24,000 nucleotides of DNA, taken from the NCBI RefSeq assembly GCF_021497505.1, contig NZ_CP069349.1:2173780-2197779 (forward strand), written 5' to 3'. The position numbers were made by a program, and so were the translations under genes. Of this stretch, positions 1 through 7,996 are shown piece after piece (the first letter of the stretch is position 1; each line of letters begins with the position of its first letter). The stretch comes from Turicibacter sp. TJ11. Lineage in GTDB: Bacteria; Bacillota_I; Bacilli_A; MOL361; Turicibacteraceae. The notes beneath the pieces are model-generated. The model did not search any database and was not told the origin of the DNA. It saw only the letters and a list, made by a program, of their open reading frames with translations.

Positions 1-145
1 TTTTAGTTTCATCAGGTTATATCCAGCTACCGAGTGAGATTTCTAATCTTTTAAACCTGGGGATGAGTTTCACACATATTTCACATTTTTTTCTAATATA
101 AGTAGTTATTTTAAGTTATAATAGTTTTGTAAAGGAGTAATAGTT

Positions 146-730
146 ATGAAGAAAATATTAATCGTCTTAGTTGCAGTCGTTTTGATTGCAGTTGGAGCAA
201 ACTTTTTATTCCCTTCAGTGAATTCGATAACTGATTTTAAGCATATTAATTATACAGAGACTTTTGATCAGGCAGAGTCTGAGTATTATGTTTATTTCTA
301 TCAGGAATCATGTCCGATTTGTTTACAGTTTGGACCTGAACTAGTAGAGGCACATAATCAGAATAATGTCCCTATTTATGTGGTGGATGCTGCAGCTGAA
401 GAAAATTTAGATGCATGGTATGACTGGACTGCTCACAATAAGGAATACACAAAAGTGATTGGTAAAGTTGAAAATGGCGTACAGGTTTTCAATGAAGGAG
501 AGTCGAATGCAAAATATCCGACAAACGAGGGTTGGAAGATTTCAGTTAATCAGAATAATGAAATTGTAGCTTATTTAGATAAAGCATTTAATAATGAATC
601 ACCGCAAACAGCAGAAGAAATTGAGATTTCTGGAACACCAGCTTTAATTAAAGTTAAAGATGGTAAGTTAGCTGGATATGGTGAAGGAATGGATGAAGAT
701 CGTGCATTATTAGCGACTTATGGACAATAG
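146..730 (+). CDS. membrane-anchored thioredoxin-fold protein (CxxC)
   Basis: RBS AAGGAG at 132-137, 8 nt before the ATG. N-terminal hydrophobic anchor MKKILIVLVAVVLIAVGANFLF. Redox motif SCPIC. cis-Pro-type loop SGTPALI near the C-terminus. Confidence 0.7.
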   Translation: MKKILIVLVAVVLIAVGANFLFPSVNSITDFKHINYTETFDQAESEYYVYFYQESCPICLQFGPELVEAHNQNNVPIYVVDAAAEENLDAWYDWTAHNKEYTKVIGKVENGVQVFNEGESNAKYPTNEGWKISVNQNNEIVAYLDKAFNNESPQTAEEIEISGTPALIKVKDGKLAGYGEGMDEDRALLATYGQ

Positions 731-733
731 ATA

Positions 734-766
734 AAAAAATCTTGCTTCTTTAAGCAAGATTTTTTA
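734..766 (+). terminator. intrinsic terminator after the thioredoxin-fold gene
   Basis: Stem AAAAAATCTTGCTT / AAGCAAGATTTTTT with a 5-nt loop, followed by a T-run. Confidence 0.75.
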
Positions 767-790
767 AAACATTAAAATGAGGTGTAGTAG

Positions 791-1483
791 ATGAAACATA
801 TTTTTGTAATTGATGATGATGCAAATATTAGACAATTAATTTTAAGATATTTAGAGAAAGAAGGTTATAAAGTCACAGCTTTTGAAAATGCTGATTCTGT
901 TTTAGAAGCGTTTAATGTGATGCAACCGGATGCACTGGTACTTGATATTATGATGCCGGGAAGTATGGATGGCTTAGACTTATGTAAAAAAATTCGTGCT
1001 GTGAGTCAAGTTCCGATCATCTTTGTTTCAGCAAAAGATGAAGCTGTTGATCGTATTATTGGATTAGAGCTTGGAGCAGATGATTACTTATCAAAACCAT
1101 TTAGTCCACGTGAATTATTAGTTCGCTTAAAGATTATTTTCCGTCGTATTGAACCTGTGATGGTCACAGAACAAGAAACATCTGTTTATCAAATTAAAGA
1201 TTTAAAAATTGATGATTCAAAACGTGTTTGTACAGTAAAAGAGACTGAGGTTCCATTAACGAATAATGAGTATATGTTACTGTCATATTTAGTGAAAAAT
1301 AAAAATATTTCATTTACACGTGAAAATTTAATTCAAAATATTTGGGGTTATGATTATGTAGGAGAATCACGAATGATTGATGATTTAGTCAAACGTCTAC
1401 GTAAGAAATTAAAAAGTGCAGATGCTAGTGTCGAAATTACAACAGTTTGGGGATATGGATACCGAATTGATGATAATTTATAA
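791..1483 (+). CDS. OmpR-family response regulator
   Basis: Receiver domain motifs (VIDDD, DALVLDIMMPG, SAKD, KPF). C-terminal winged-helix motif (LTNNEYMLLSYL, VWGYGYR). RBS GAGGTG upstream. Confidence 0.9.
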   Translation: MKHIFVIDDDANIRQLILRYLEKEGYKVTAFENADSVLEAFNVMQPDALVLDIMMPGSMDGLDLCKKIRAVSQVPIIFVSAKDEAVDRIIGLELGADDYLSKPFSPRELLVRLKIIFRRIEPVMVTEQETSVYQIKDLKIDDSKRVCTVKETEVPLTNNEYMLLSYLVKNKNISFTRENLIQNIWGYDYVGESRMIDDLVKRLRKKLKSADASVEITTVWGYGYRIDDNL

Positions 1484-1490
1484 TTAGGTT

Positions 1491-2831
1491 ATGAGTATGA
1501 GATTAGATCGTAAATTATTTTGGAGCTATATTGTTATTATTTTAATCGCGATTTCAACATCGTTTACTTTATTTACGGTAGCCTCAAATCAGTTTTTAAC
1601 GTATCGCTTAGTTGATACGATGAAAAAAGAGTTAAGCTTAATTGAAGAAAACTTTGGTTTTTATTCGGATAATTCACAAATCGCCCCGTTTATTACTCAA
1701 AATATCATGAGTTTAGTAGAATCTAATTTGATTATTATTGTAGATGGGGATACGGTCTTTACTCAATCTAATACGAGTAAAGAGTTAACAGAACACGCGA
1801 TGGATCTTTCTTATTTGGATAAGCATTATATTAGAGTCTCTACTCGAGTGATCATTGGTTCTCGAACGTTTGATATTATGTTACTTAGTGAAAAAGGGTC
1901 AATTAGTGAGCTAAATCAGTTAAATCTAAGTATTTTATTTATTACTTCGTTAGTAAGTATGTTGATTGCAGCCTTTTTTGGAGTTTACGTTCAAAATAAT
2001 ATTTCTCGTCCGATTCATTTATTAAGAAATAAAGTTCGAGCGTTTCAAGAAAGTTTAGAAGTACCAGAGGTCACGATTTATACGGGAGATGAAATTCAAG
2101 AGCTTGATGAAGATATTGTTCGAATGGCGAAGTCCATTGTTAATAACGATCGTAAACGAAAAGCCTTTTTTGAAAATACTTCGCATGAGTTAAAAACTCC
2201 ACTGATGAACATTCGGGGATACGCAGAAGGTTTAAAGGATGGGATTTTCTCGATTGATGAAGCAGCAGAAGTTATTTCTCAAGAAAGTGAGTCACTTCGT
2301 ACCTTAGTTGAATCTATTTTATATTTATCTAAACTAGAAGATGCCACTCACGATCGTTATCAGCTTCAATTAGTTGATTTAAATGAATTTTTACAAGGAT
2401 TTTATGATAAAATGGCTGGAATTATCGCGGATAAAAATCTTCAATTCAACTTGAATCTGGATAAAACGGTCCAAGTTCAAATGGATGATGATAAAATGAT
2501 TCGAGCATTATCAAATATTATTACGAATGCGATTCGTTATGCTAAAGAAAAGATTTCAATTCAAACGGTTGTGGATCAATCCATGGTAGAGATTCGTTTG
2601 TTTAATGATGGACCTCAAATTTCTGAAGCTGATTTGCCATATTTATTCGATCGTTTTTATAAAGGCGATAAAGGTCAATCAGGTCTTGGATTATCGATTG
2701 TTCAAAGTATTATTAACGCACACAATGGGACAGTCGAGGCATTAAATGTTGAAGAAGGGGTATGTATGAGTATTAAGTTACCGTATGTGGCATCTTCTAG
2801 TAAATGGCGATTAAATGAAAAGAAAAGCTAA
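1491..2831 (+). CDS. sensor histidine kinase (two TM segments, HAMP-like linker, HisKA, HATPase_c)
   Basis: H-box SHELKTPL, N-box ITNAIRYA, DRFYKGD, and G-box GLGLSIV. Hydrophobic segments lie near residues 10-30 and 145-165. The start is 8 nt after the regulator stop, which suggests an operon. Confidence 0.9.
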   Translation: MSMRLDRKLFWSYIVIILIAISTSFTLFTVASNQFLTYRLVDTMKKELSLIEENFGFYSDNSQIAPFITQNIMSLVESNLIIIVDGDTVFTQSNTSKELTEHAMDLSYLDKHYIRVSTRVIIGSRTFDIMLLSEKGSISELNQLNLSILFITSLVSMLIAAFFGVYVQNNISRPIHLLRNKVRAFQESLEVPEVTIYTGDEIQELDEDIVRMAKSIVNNDRKRKAFFENTSHELKTPLMNIRGYAEGLKDGIFSIDEAAEVISQESESLRTLVESILYLSKLEDATHDRYQLQLVDLNEFLQGFYDKMAGIIADKNLQFNLNLDKTVQVQMDDDKMIRALSNIITNAIRYAKEKISIQTVVDQSMVEIRLFNDGPQISEADLPYLFDRFYKGDKGQSGLGLSIVQSIINAHNGTVEALNVEEGVCMSIKLPYVASSSKWRLNEKKS

Positions 2832-2857
2832 ATCAGTTGACTGATTTAGCTTTTTTG
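2826..2857 (+). terminator. intrinsic terminator after the kinase gene
   Basis: Stem AGCTAAATCAG / CTGATTTAGCT followed by TTTTTT. Confidence 0.8.
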
Positions 2858-3017
2858 TTTGAAAGGAACAATGATTTAGTCACAAAATTGAAGTTTAAAA
2901 TTATCTCTTTTTATTTAGACAGAGACTGCCAAAAAATTTAAATAAAGATTTGTTAGAATGGAAAAGTTAAGTTAAAATAAAAGGGTAAGTAAAAATGGAT
3001 AAGGTGGGAGACTAGAC

Positions 3018-4313
3018 ATGATTGAACGTTATTCGCGCCCTGAGATGGCAGCTATTTGGACAGAACAAAACAAGTTTGAAGCGTATTTAAAAGTTGAGAT
3101 TTTAGCTTGTGAAGCTTGGGCTCATTTAGGACATATTCCAATGGAAGATGTTGAAAAGTTATGGAAAAATGCTTCATTCGATTTAAATCGTATTTACGAA
3201 ATTGAGCAAGAAACACGTCATGACGTGGTTGCTTTTACACGTGCTGTCAGTGAAACTTGTGGTGACGAGAAGAAGTGGGTTCATTATGGATTAACATCGA
3301 CAGACGTTGTTGATACAGCAAATGGATATTTATTAAAACAGGCGAATGATATTTTACGCGCGGATATTGAACGTTTTATTAATGTATTAGGTGAGAAGGC
3401 TAAAAAGTATAAACATACAGTACAAATGGGGCGTACACATGGTGTTCATGCTGAAATCACAACATTTGGATTAAAACTAGCTTTATGGTATGAAGAAATG
3501 AAACGTAATCAAGCACGTTTTGAAGAAGCAGCTCGTGCCGTAGAGTGTGGAAAAATTTCAGGTGCAGTTGGAACGCATGCAAACATTCCTTTCTTTGTTC
3601 AAGATTATACTTGTGAGAAATTAGGAATCGAGTCTGCTAAAATTTCAACTCAAACGTTACAACGTGATCGTCATGCTGCATATATGTCAGCGATTGCTTT
3701 AATTGGAGCATCAATTGAAAAAATGGGAGTTGAAGTGCGCCACTTACAACGTACTGAGGTTCGTGAAGCAGAAGAGTTCTTCCGTAAAGGACAAAAAGGA
3801 TCTTCAGCCATGCCACATAAACGTAATCCAATCGGATCTGAAAATATGGCAGGATGTGCTCGTGTGTTAAGAGGATATATGGTTACAGCATATGAAAATA
3901 TTGCACTTTGGCATGAACGTGATATTTCACACTCATCAGCAGAACGTATCATTATGCCAGATGCAACCATTTTATTAGATTATATGTTAAATCGTTTTAC
4001 TAATTTAATTGATAACCTAACAGTTTACGAAGAAAATATGTTAGAAAATATTAATAAAACACATGGGGTTATTTTCTCTCAACGTGTCATGTTAAAATTA
4101 ATTGAAAAAGGTTTTGTTCGTGAACAAGCTTACGATTTAGTTCAACCTAAGGCGATGCAAGCATGGGAAAATCGTCAATCTTTCCGTTCATTATTAGAGT
4201 CAGATGAAACAGTTATGAATCATTTAACGATGGAAGATTTAGATGATTGCTTTGATCACACATACCACTTAAAATCAGTGGATGGAATTTTTGAACGTTT
4301 AGGTTTAGTTTAA
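3018..4313 (+). CDS. purB: adenylosuccinate lyase
   Basis: 431-aa full-length ORF. It begins with the characteristic [11 protein letters not shown]-terminus and carries the fumarate-lyase signature [22 protein letters not shown] upstream. Confidence 0.95.
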   Translation: MIERYSRPEMAAIWTEQNKFEAYLKVEILACEAWAHLGHIPMEDVEKLWKNASFDLNRIYEIEQETRHDVVAFTRAVSETCGDEKKWVHYGLTSTDVVDTANGYLLKQANDILRADIERFINVLGEKAKKYKHTVQMGRTHGVHAEITTFGLKLALWYEEMKRNQARFEEAARAVECGKISGAVGTHANIPFFVQDYTCEKLGIESAKISTQTLQRDRHAAYMSAIALIGASIEKMGVEVRHLQRTEVREAEEFFRKGQKGSSAMPHKRNPIGSENMAGCARVLRGYMVTAYENIALWHERDISHSSAERIIMPDATILLDYMLNRFTNLIDNLTVYEENMLENINKTHGVIFSQRVMLKLIEKGFVREQAYDLVQPKAMQAWENRQSFRSLLESDETVMNHLTMEDLDDCFDHTYHLKSVDGIFERLGLV

Positions 4314-4382
4314 TTAAAGTGAACTCATTCATTCTAAATCAGAAAAGTTTCGATTAACTAGGTGATAATAAATGATGAAGTT

Positions 4383-4421
4383 GTGGATAACTATAAGACA
4401 TAGTTATCCACATTTTTATTT
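4383..4421 (+). terminator. intrinsic terminator after purB
   Basis: Stem GTGGATAACTA / TAGTTATCCAC followed by ATTTTTATTTT. Confidence 0.7.
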
Positions 4422-4470
4422 TCGAGTCTTGATAAGAGGTTGAGTGATCCTTTATATAGTGTTGGAATAT

Positions 4471-4496
4471 AAAAAAAGAGCCTTAGGCTCTTTTTT
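4471..4496. terminator. bidirectional terminator next to the rubrerythrin stop codon
   Basis: AAAAAAAGAGCC-TTA-GGCTCTTTTTT: a perfect stem flanked by an A-run and a T-run. Confidence 0.8.
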
Positions 4497-5037
4497 AGTA
4501 GTTTTCTGAATGGATTTCAAAGTGAGCTTGATCGTAAGAACATACTGGGCACACTTTTGGTGCTTTTTTACCGTAGTGAATGTGTCCACATTCTTGGCAA
4601 ACCCATGCTACTTCTTCTTCACGTTCAAATACTTTTCCTTCTTCAATATTTTTTAATAATTGTAAATAACGTGCTTCATGTTCTTTTTCGATTTTTCCAA
4701 CCATTTCAAATAAAGCAGCGATACGATTGAATCCTTCTTCACGAGCTTGTTGTGCGAATGTTGCATACATATCTGTCCACTCACCGTTTTCACCAGCTGC
4801 AGCATCACGTAAGTTTGTCATTGTATCAGCAACTTCACCTTCATGTAAGAACTTGAACCATAATTTAGCGTGTTCCATTTCATTACGTGCTGTTTCTAAG
4901 AAGATGTTAGCAATTTGTTCATATCCTTCTTCTTTAGCTTTTGCCGCATAATAAGTATATTTGTTGCGTGCCATTGACTCCCCAGCAAAAGCATGCATTA
5001 AATTTGCTTCAGTTTTAGTACCTTTTAAGTTACTCAT
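4495..5037 (-). CDS. rbr: rubrerythrin
   Basis: Four-helix diiron ferritin-like part with E..E..H motifs (GESMARNKY, NEMEHAKL, GENGEWTDMY, IEKEHEARY). C-terminal rubredoxin-like CQECGxxxxxxxxPxVCPVC. RBS GGAGAGAG upstream. Confidence 0.9.
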   Translation of the reverse strand: MSNLKGTKTEANLMHAFAGESMARNKYTYYAAKAKEEGYEQIANIFLETARNEMEHAKLWFKFLHEGEVADTMTNLRDAAAGENGEWTDMYATFAQQAREEGFNRIAALFEMVGKIEKEHEARYLQLLKNIEEGKVFEREEEVAWVCQECGHIHYGKKAPKVCPVCSYDQAHFEIHSENY

Positions 5038-5088
5038 TTAAACTCTCTCCTTCATGACTATCTATTAAATTTAATCTCTGATAATAGC

Positions 5089-5103
5089 TTATAATATTTA
5101 TAG
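5089..5103. promoter_or_regulatory. candidate PerR/Fur-type box in the rubrerythrin promoter region
   Basis: TTATAATATTTATAG matches 13 of 15 positions of the 7-1-7 box TTATAATNATTATAA as I recall it. It lies about 50-65 nt upstream of the rbr ATG. Confidence 0.3.
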
Positions 5104-5207
5104 TTGAAAATCAATAACAATTACTACTTTTCTTTAAAAACATTCATTCAATGATATTTATTATCATTTAAAAGATACTAAAACCTAATTTACTATCTTT
5201 TAAAATT

Positions 5208-5585
5208 TTACGAATATCCAATAACTTTCCAGTCTGTTTGATATGTATCATTTTCATATTCATAAGTAAAACTTGATGGATTCCCCATCTCATTAATAAA
5301 GTTATCCATAAATAGCTTAAGATAGTGATAGCTATAGTCGCATTCTTCTTCATACCATTTCGTATGAACCAATCCAATCAGTGTACAGTCCACGGTATCA
5401 ATCGTGACAAACATAGATTTTTCTGTTGATACCATTTTGTCTAGTAACATTTCAATTTGTGTCGTCGAGATCCCTTCTTGAGTGTTAACTTTTAAGAAAA
5501 TACCGATCGGACCTTCATAAGGACATTTATGATCATAATCATAATTCTCTTGATTTGATTTAAATAAATTTGTTAAAAATCCCAT
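5208..5585 (-). CDS. hypothetical cytoplasmic protein, 125 aa
   Basis: Strong RBS GAAGGAGA 7 nt upstream of the ATG. No signal peptide or TM segment, and no motif I recognise. Confidence 0.6.
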   Translation of the reverse strand: MGFLTNLFKSNQENYDYDHKCPYEGPIGIFLKVNTQEGISTTQIEMLLDKMVSTEKSMFVTIDTVDCTLIGLVHTKWYEEECDYSYHYLKLFMDNFINEMGNPSSFTYEYENDTYQTDWKVIGYS

Positions 5586-5883
5586 ACGATGATCTCCTTC
5601 ATTTGTTACGGAAAACAGCTAGATTTTTTAAATGATATAGCACTAGATGGTTCTCTAGTGTTAAATAGCTTTTACAGTAGCTTTAAATTTTTATTATTTT
5701 TGTATAAGACTGAGTAAATGAGCCATTATATTAGTGAGGGTTGAAGTGGTGTTTACCGATAATCCCACTATAATCATTAGAATCGGTCGTAGCGTGGCGT
5801 TTGTGAATCGCCCACGATAAAAAGTAAGTATCTGAAAAAGTTTATAAATGACAGTTATCAAACTTTGAAGCTCTCAAAAAAAG

Positions 5884-5928
5884 AATGCCTGGTGATAGAA
5901 ATTAGTTTCTATGCCAGGCATTTTTTAA
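5884..5928. terminator. bidirectional intrinsic terminator in an ORF-poor region
   Basis: Stem AATGCCTGG...CCAGGCATT with an inner stem ATAGAAA/TTTCTAT. Flanked by AAAAAAAA on the left and TTTTTT on the right. Confidence 0.65.
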
Positions 5929-5951
5929 TACATTTATTTAAAGTTAAAACT

Positions 5952-5980
5952 AAAAAAAGTGCGACATAATCGTCGCACTT
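5952..5980 (-). terminator. intrinsic terminator of the 55-aa peptide gene
   Basis: On the minus strand: AAGTGCGACGATTATGTCGCACTTTTTTT. Confidence 0.7.
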
Positions 5981-6146
5981 AATTTATGGATAATTTTATA
6001 AGTAAACAATAGACTAAAAAAATGATAAGTAATGCAGTTAATACTGCCCACTTTTTTAGTCTTTTTTGGCCAATTTCAGAACTGAACCAAAATAGTTGAT
6101 CAATCACATTAAATAAGTTTTGAATTAAATCATCTAAAAAATTCAT
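5979..6146 (-). CDS. small tail-anchored membrane peptide, 55 aa (below the ORF-track cutoff)
   Basis: My own translation is MNFLDDLIQNLFNVIDQLFWFSSEIGQKRLKKWAVLTALLIIFLVYCLLIKLSIN. SD AGGGGGA sits 5 nt before the ATG, and the gene has its own terminator. The C-terminal TM segment is preceded by KRLKK. Confidence 0.5.
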   Translation of the reverse strand: MNFLDDLIQNLFNVIDQLFWFSSEIGQKRLKKWAVLTALLIIFLVYCLLIKLSIN

Positions 6147-6229
6147 TTCTTCCCCCTAATTTTGATGAAAACTCAATTTATTATATGAGAAAAAAATTTA
6201 AAAAAATGTCGGAATTCAGGATAAAACCT

Positions 6230-6441
6230 AAAAAGATGGGTATTGTATTAATGTAGAGTCGAATATGGTTTTTGCTAGTGTTCCCATCTAAAAAAGAATA
6301 TTAGCTTGGAGTAGTGTATCAAATCACTATTTTCAATAGTCATTATCTCAATGATATCCAGTTGTTAAAACTCGATACGAAAGGCTCTACTATATAAATG
6401 TCTAGTTATAGAATGATGATTCTGTAACTAGACATTTTTTA
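6230..6441 (+). ncRNA. candidate structured RNA or leader ending in a terminator, family unknown
   Basis: Terminator at 6397-6441 (AAATGTCTAGTTA...TAACTAGACATTTTTT). Upstream pairings: GATGGG/CCCATC, GTAGAG/CTCTAC, ACTATT/AATAGT, ATCATT/AATGAT. No ORF with an RBS. The 5' end is not defined. Confidence 0.25.
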
Positions 6442-6530
6442 TTTTCTATCAGAAATTAAAAGTCATACTAAACACTTCCTCTAAAAAATCCAATGATACC
6501 AATCCTTTTGATTAGGTATTTATTATAAAA

Positions 6531-6557
6531 TTGTGTTATTATTCATTAATAACACAA
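6531..6557. promoter_or_regulatory. perfect 10-bp inverted repeat upstream of glyA (candidate operator)
   Basis: TTGTGTTATT-N7-AATAACACAA, about 107 nt upstream of the glyA ATG. Confidence 0.3.
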
Positions 6558-6663
6558 ATGATTGTCAATTTGCATATATATTATTAACTATAGGTAAATT
6601 GAATGGGTATTCGATGGATTTATGTCAAAATAACGAAATGAAACTTTGTTAGGAGTGTTTTTT

Positions 6664-7896
6664 ATGAAAGATCAGGCAGTTTTTGAGGCGTTACAATTAG
6701 AATTAAGACGTCAACGTGAAAATGTAGAGTTAATTGCATCAGAAAACTATGTGTCAGAAGAAGTCATGAGGGTTCAAGGATCTATTTTAACGAATAAATA
6801 TGCAGAAGGATACCCAGCGAAACGTTATTATGGTGGTTGTGAATTTGTTGATACGATTGAAGAGATTGCAAGAGATCGTGCAAAACAATTATTTGGTGCT
6901 AAATTTGCGAATGTTCAACCTCATTCTGGATCTCAAGCTAATATGGGAGCTTATCGCGCCTTATTAAATCCAGGTGATAAAGTCTTAGGGATGAATTTAA
7001 GTCATGGAGGTCATTTAACACATGGTCATCCTCTAAACTTTTCGGGTAAAGATTATGAATTTTATGAATATGGAGTCAGTCAAGAAACTGAGATGATTGA
7101 TTATGAGGCTATTTTTGAAATCGCAAATGAAGTGAAGCCAGCTTTAATTGTAGCGGGAGCATCTGCTTATCCACGTGCGATTGATTTTAAAAAATTTAGA
7201 GAGATTGCGGATAAAGTGGGTGCTTACTTGATGGTTGATATGGCCCATATTGCTGGCCTTGTTGCAGCAGGGTTACATCAAAATCCAGTCGATTATGCTC
7301 ATATTGTGACAACAACGACACATAAGACATTACGTGGTCCTCGCGGTGGAATGATTTTAACTAATGATGAAGAGATTGCAACGAAGTTAGATAAAGTGAT
7401 TTTCCCAGGGATTCAAGGTGGACCATTAATGCATGTCATTGGAGCCAAAGCAGTTGCTTTTGGAGAAGCGTTAACGCCTGAATTTGTGGAGTATCAAAAG
7501 CAAGTGATTAAAAATGCACAAGTGTTAGCTGACGAGTTAACAAAACAAGGACTGCGAATTGTATCAGGTGGGACAGATAATCATTTAATGCTAGTAGATG
7601 TAAAATCAACCTTTGGATTAACAGGTAAAGTAGCAGAAGCTGTGTTAGATGAAGTTGCAATTACATGTAATAAAAATACGATTCCATTTGATGCAGAAAG
7701 ACCGTTTATTACAAGTGGAATTCGATTAGGAACTCCGGCTGTGACAACCCGAGGATTTAAAGAAAAAGAAATGGTTGAATTAGCGACTTATATTGCAGAA
7801 GCATTAAAATCTCACGAAGATAAAGATAAATTAGCTAACATCCGAGAAGCTGTTTTATCTCTAACTTCAAGATTCCCCCTATATGAAAATGAATAA
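6664..7896 (+). CDS. glyA: serine hydroxymethyltransferase
   Basis: Conserved LIASENY, the PLP site [14 protein letters not shown], and full length. I place the start at ATG 6664 (RBS AGGAG 6651-6655) rather than at the ORF-track TTG at 6646. Confidence 0.95.
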   Translation: MKDQAVFEALQLELRRQRENVELIASENYVSEEVMRVQGSILTNKYAEGYPAKRYYGGCEFVDTIEEIARDRAKQLFGAKFANVQPHSGSQANMGAYRALLNPGDKVLGMNLSHGGHLTHGHPLNFSGKDYEFYEYGVSQETEMIDYEAIFEIANEVKPALIVAGASAYPRAIDFKKFREIADKVGAYLMVDMAHIAGLVAAGLHQNPVDYAHIVTTTTHKTLRGPRGGMILTNDEEIATKLDKVIFPGIQGGPLMHVIGAKAVAFGEALTPEFVEYQKQVIKNAQVLADELTKQGLRIVSGGTDNHLMLVDVKSTFGLTGKVAEAVLDEVAITCNKNTIPFDAERPFITSGIRLGTPAVTTRGFKEKEMVELATYIAEALKSHEDKDKLANIREAVLSLTSRFPLYENE

Positions 7897-7996
7897 TTAA
7901 AGAAGTCATTTGAGAACTTATTTTTAATCAGCTAATGATGATATAATATAAGTTTTCAAATGAGGAAAAATAAGATCCATTAAAGGAGGAATCATC

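Noticed and set aside
3637-3970. Antisense ORFs 3637-3831(-) and 3671-3970(-) inside purB.
   Set aside because: They lie wholly within a confidently identified conserved gene on the opposite strand. They have no RBS and low-complexity, unfamiliar sequence, which is typical of shadow ORFs.
4727-4951. ORF 4727-4951(+) antisense to rubrerythrin, and ORF 5168-5377(-) overlapping the 125-aa gene.
   Set aside because: These are shadow or out-of-frame ORFs without an RBS. The overlapping partner has the better start context and coherent sequence.
5737-5819. A 27-codon ORF (GTG-start, VVFTDNPTIIIRIGRSVAFVNRPR) after GAGGG in the ORF-poor region. Other mini-ORFs noted were a 12-aa ORF at ~17897 and a 16-aa ORF at ~11083.
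   Set aside because: They are too short, have weak or non-canonical starts, and have no supporting context. Such ORFs are expected by chance in AT-rich intergenic DNA.
5786-5928. ZTP (pfl) riboswitch-like strings, GGTCGT..TGGCG at 5786-5806 and GCCTGG in the 5884-5928 terminator, upstream of the one-carbon genes.
   Set aside because: The P1 3' strand (CGACC) and the conserved CCGCCTGGGC pseudoknot element are missing. TGGCG is instead locked in a local hairpin. A minus-strand gene and a second terminator separate the site from glyA. The partial match looks coincidental, and only an Infernal scan could overturn this.
5700-5928. A type I toxin-antitoxin pairing between a plus-strand RNA ending at 5928 and the 55-aa peptide mRNA ending near 5952.
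   Set aside because: The predicted 3' ends are separated by about 23 nt rather than overlapping. I could not find a convincing promoter for the plus-strand unit or an extended complementarity elsewhere. I kept it only as a caveat in the peptide finding.
6230-6441. THF-I, preQ1-I, T-box or glycine riboswitch identity for the terminated unit upstream of glyA.
   Set aside because: GGAGTAG and CCCATCTAAAAAAG superficially resemble pieces of THF-I and preQ1-I. The remaining conserved cores (GGGATG/GCATCCGC, the AAAAAACTA context with a short P1, the T-box 14-mer, ACCGAAGGGGCAA) are absent.
6646-6663. Longer ORF-track N-termini for glyA (TTG 6646), lysS (ATG 9492), the membrane protein (11186), the acidic protein (20350) and the anti-sigma candidate (21374).
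   Set aside because: In each case an internal ATG has a properly spaced GGAG-type RBS, and the extension adds non-conserved residues. For lysS the upstream ATG coincides with the predicted transcription start.
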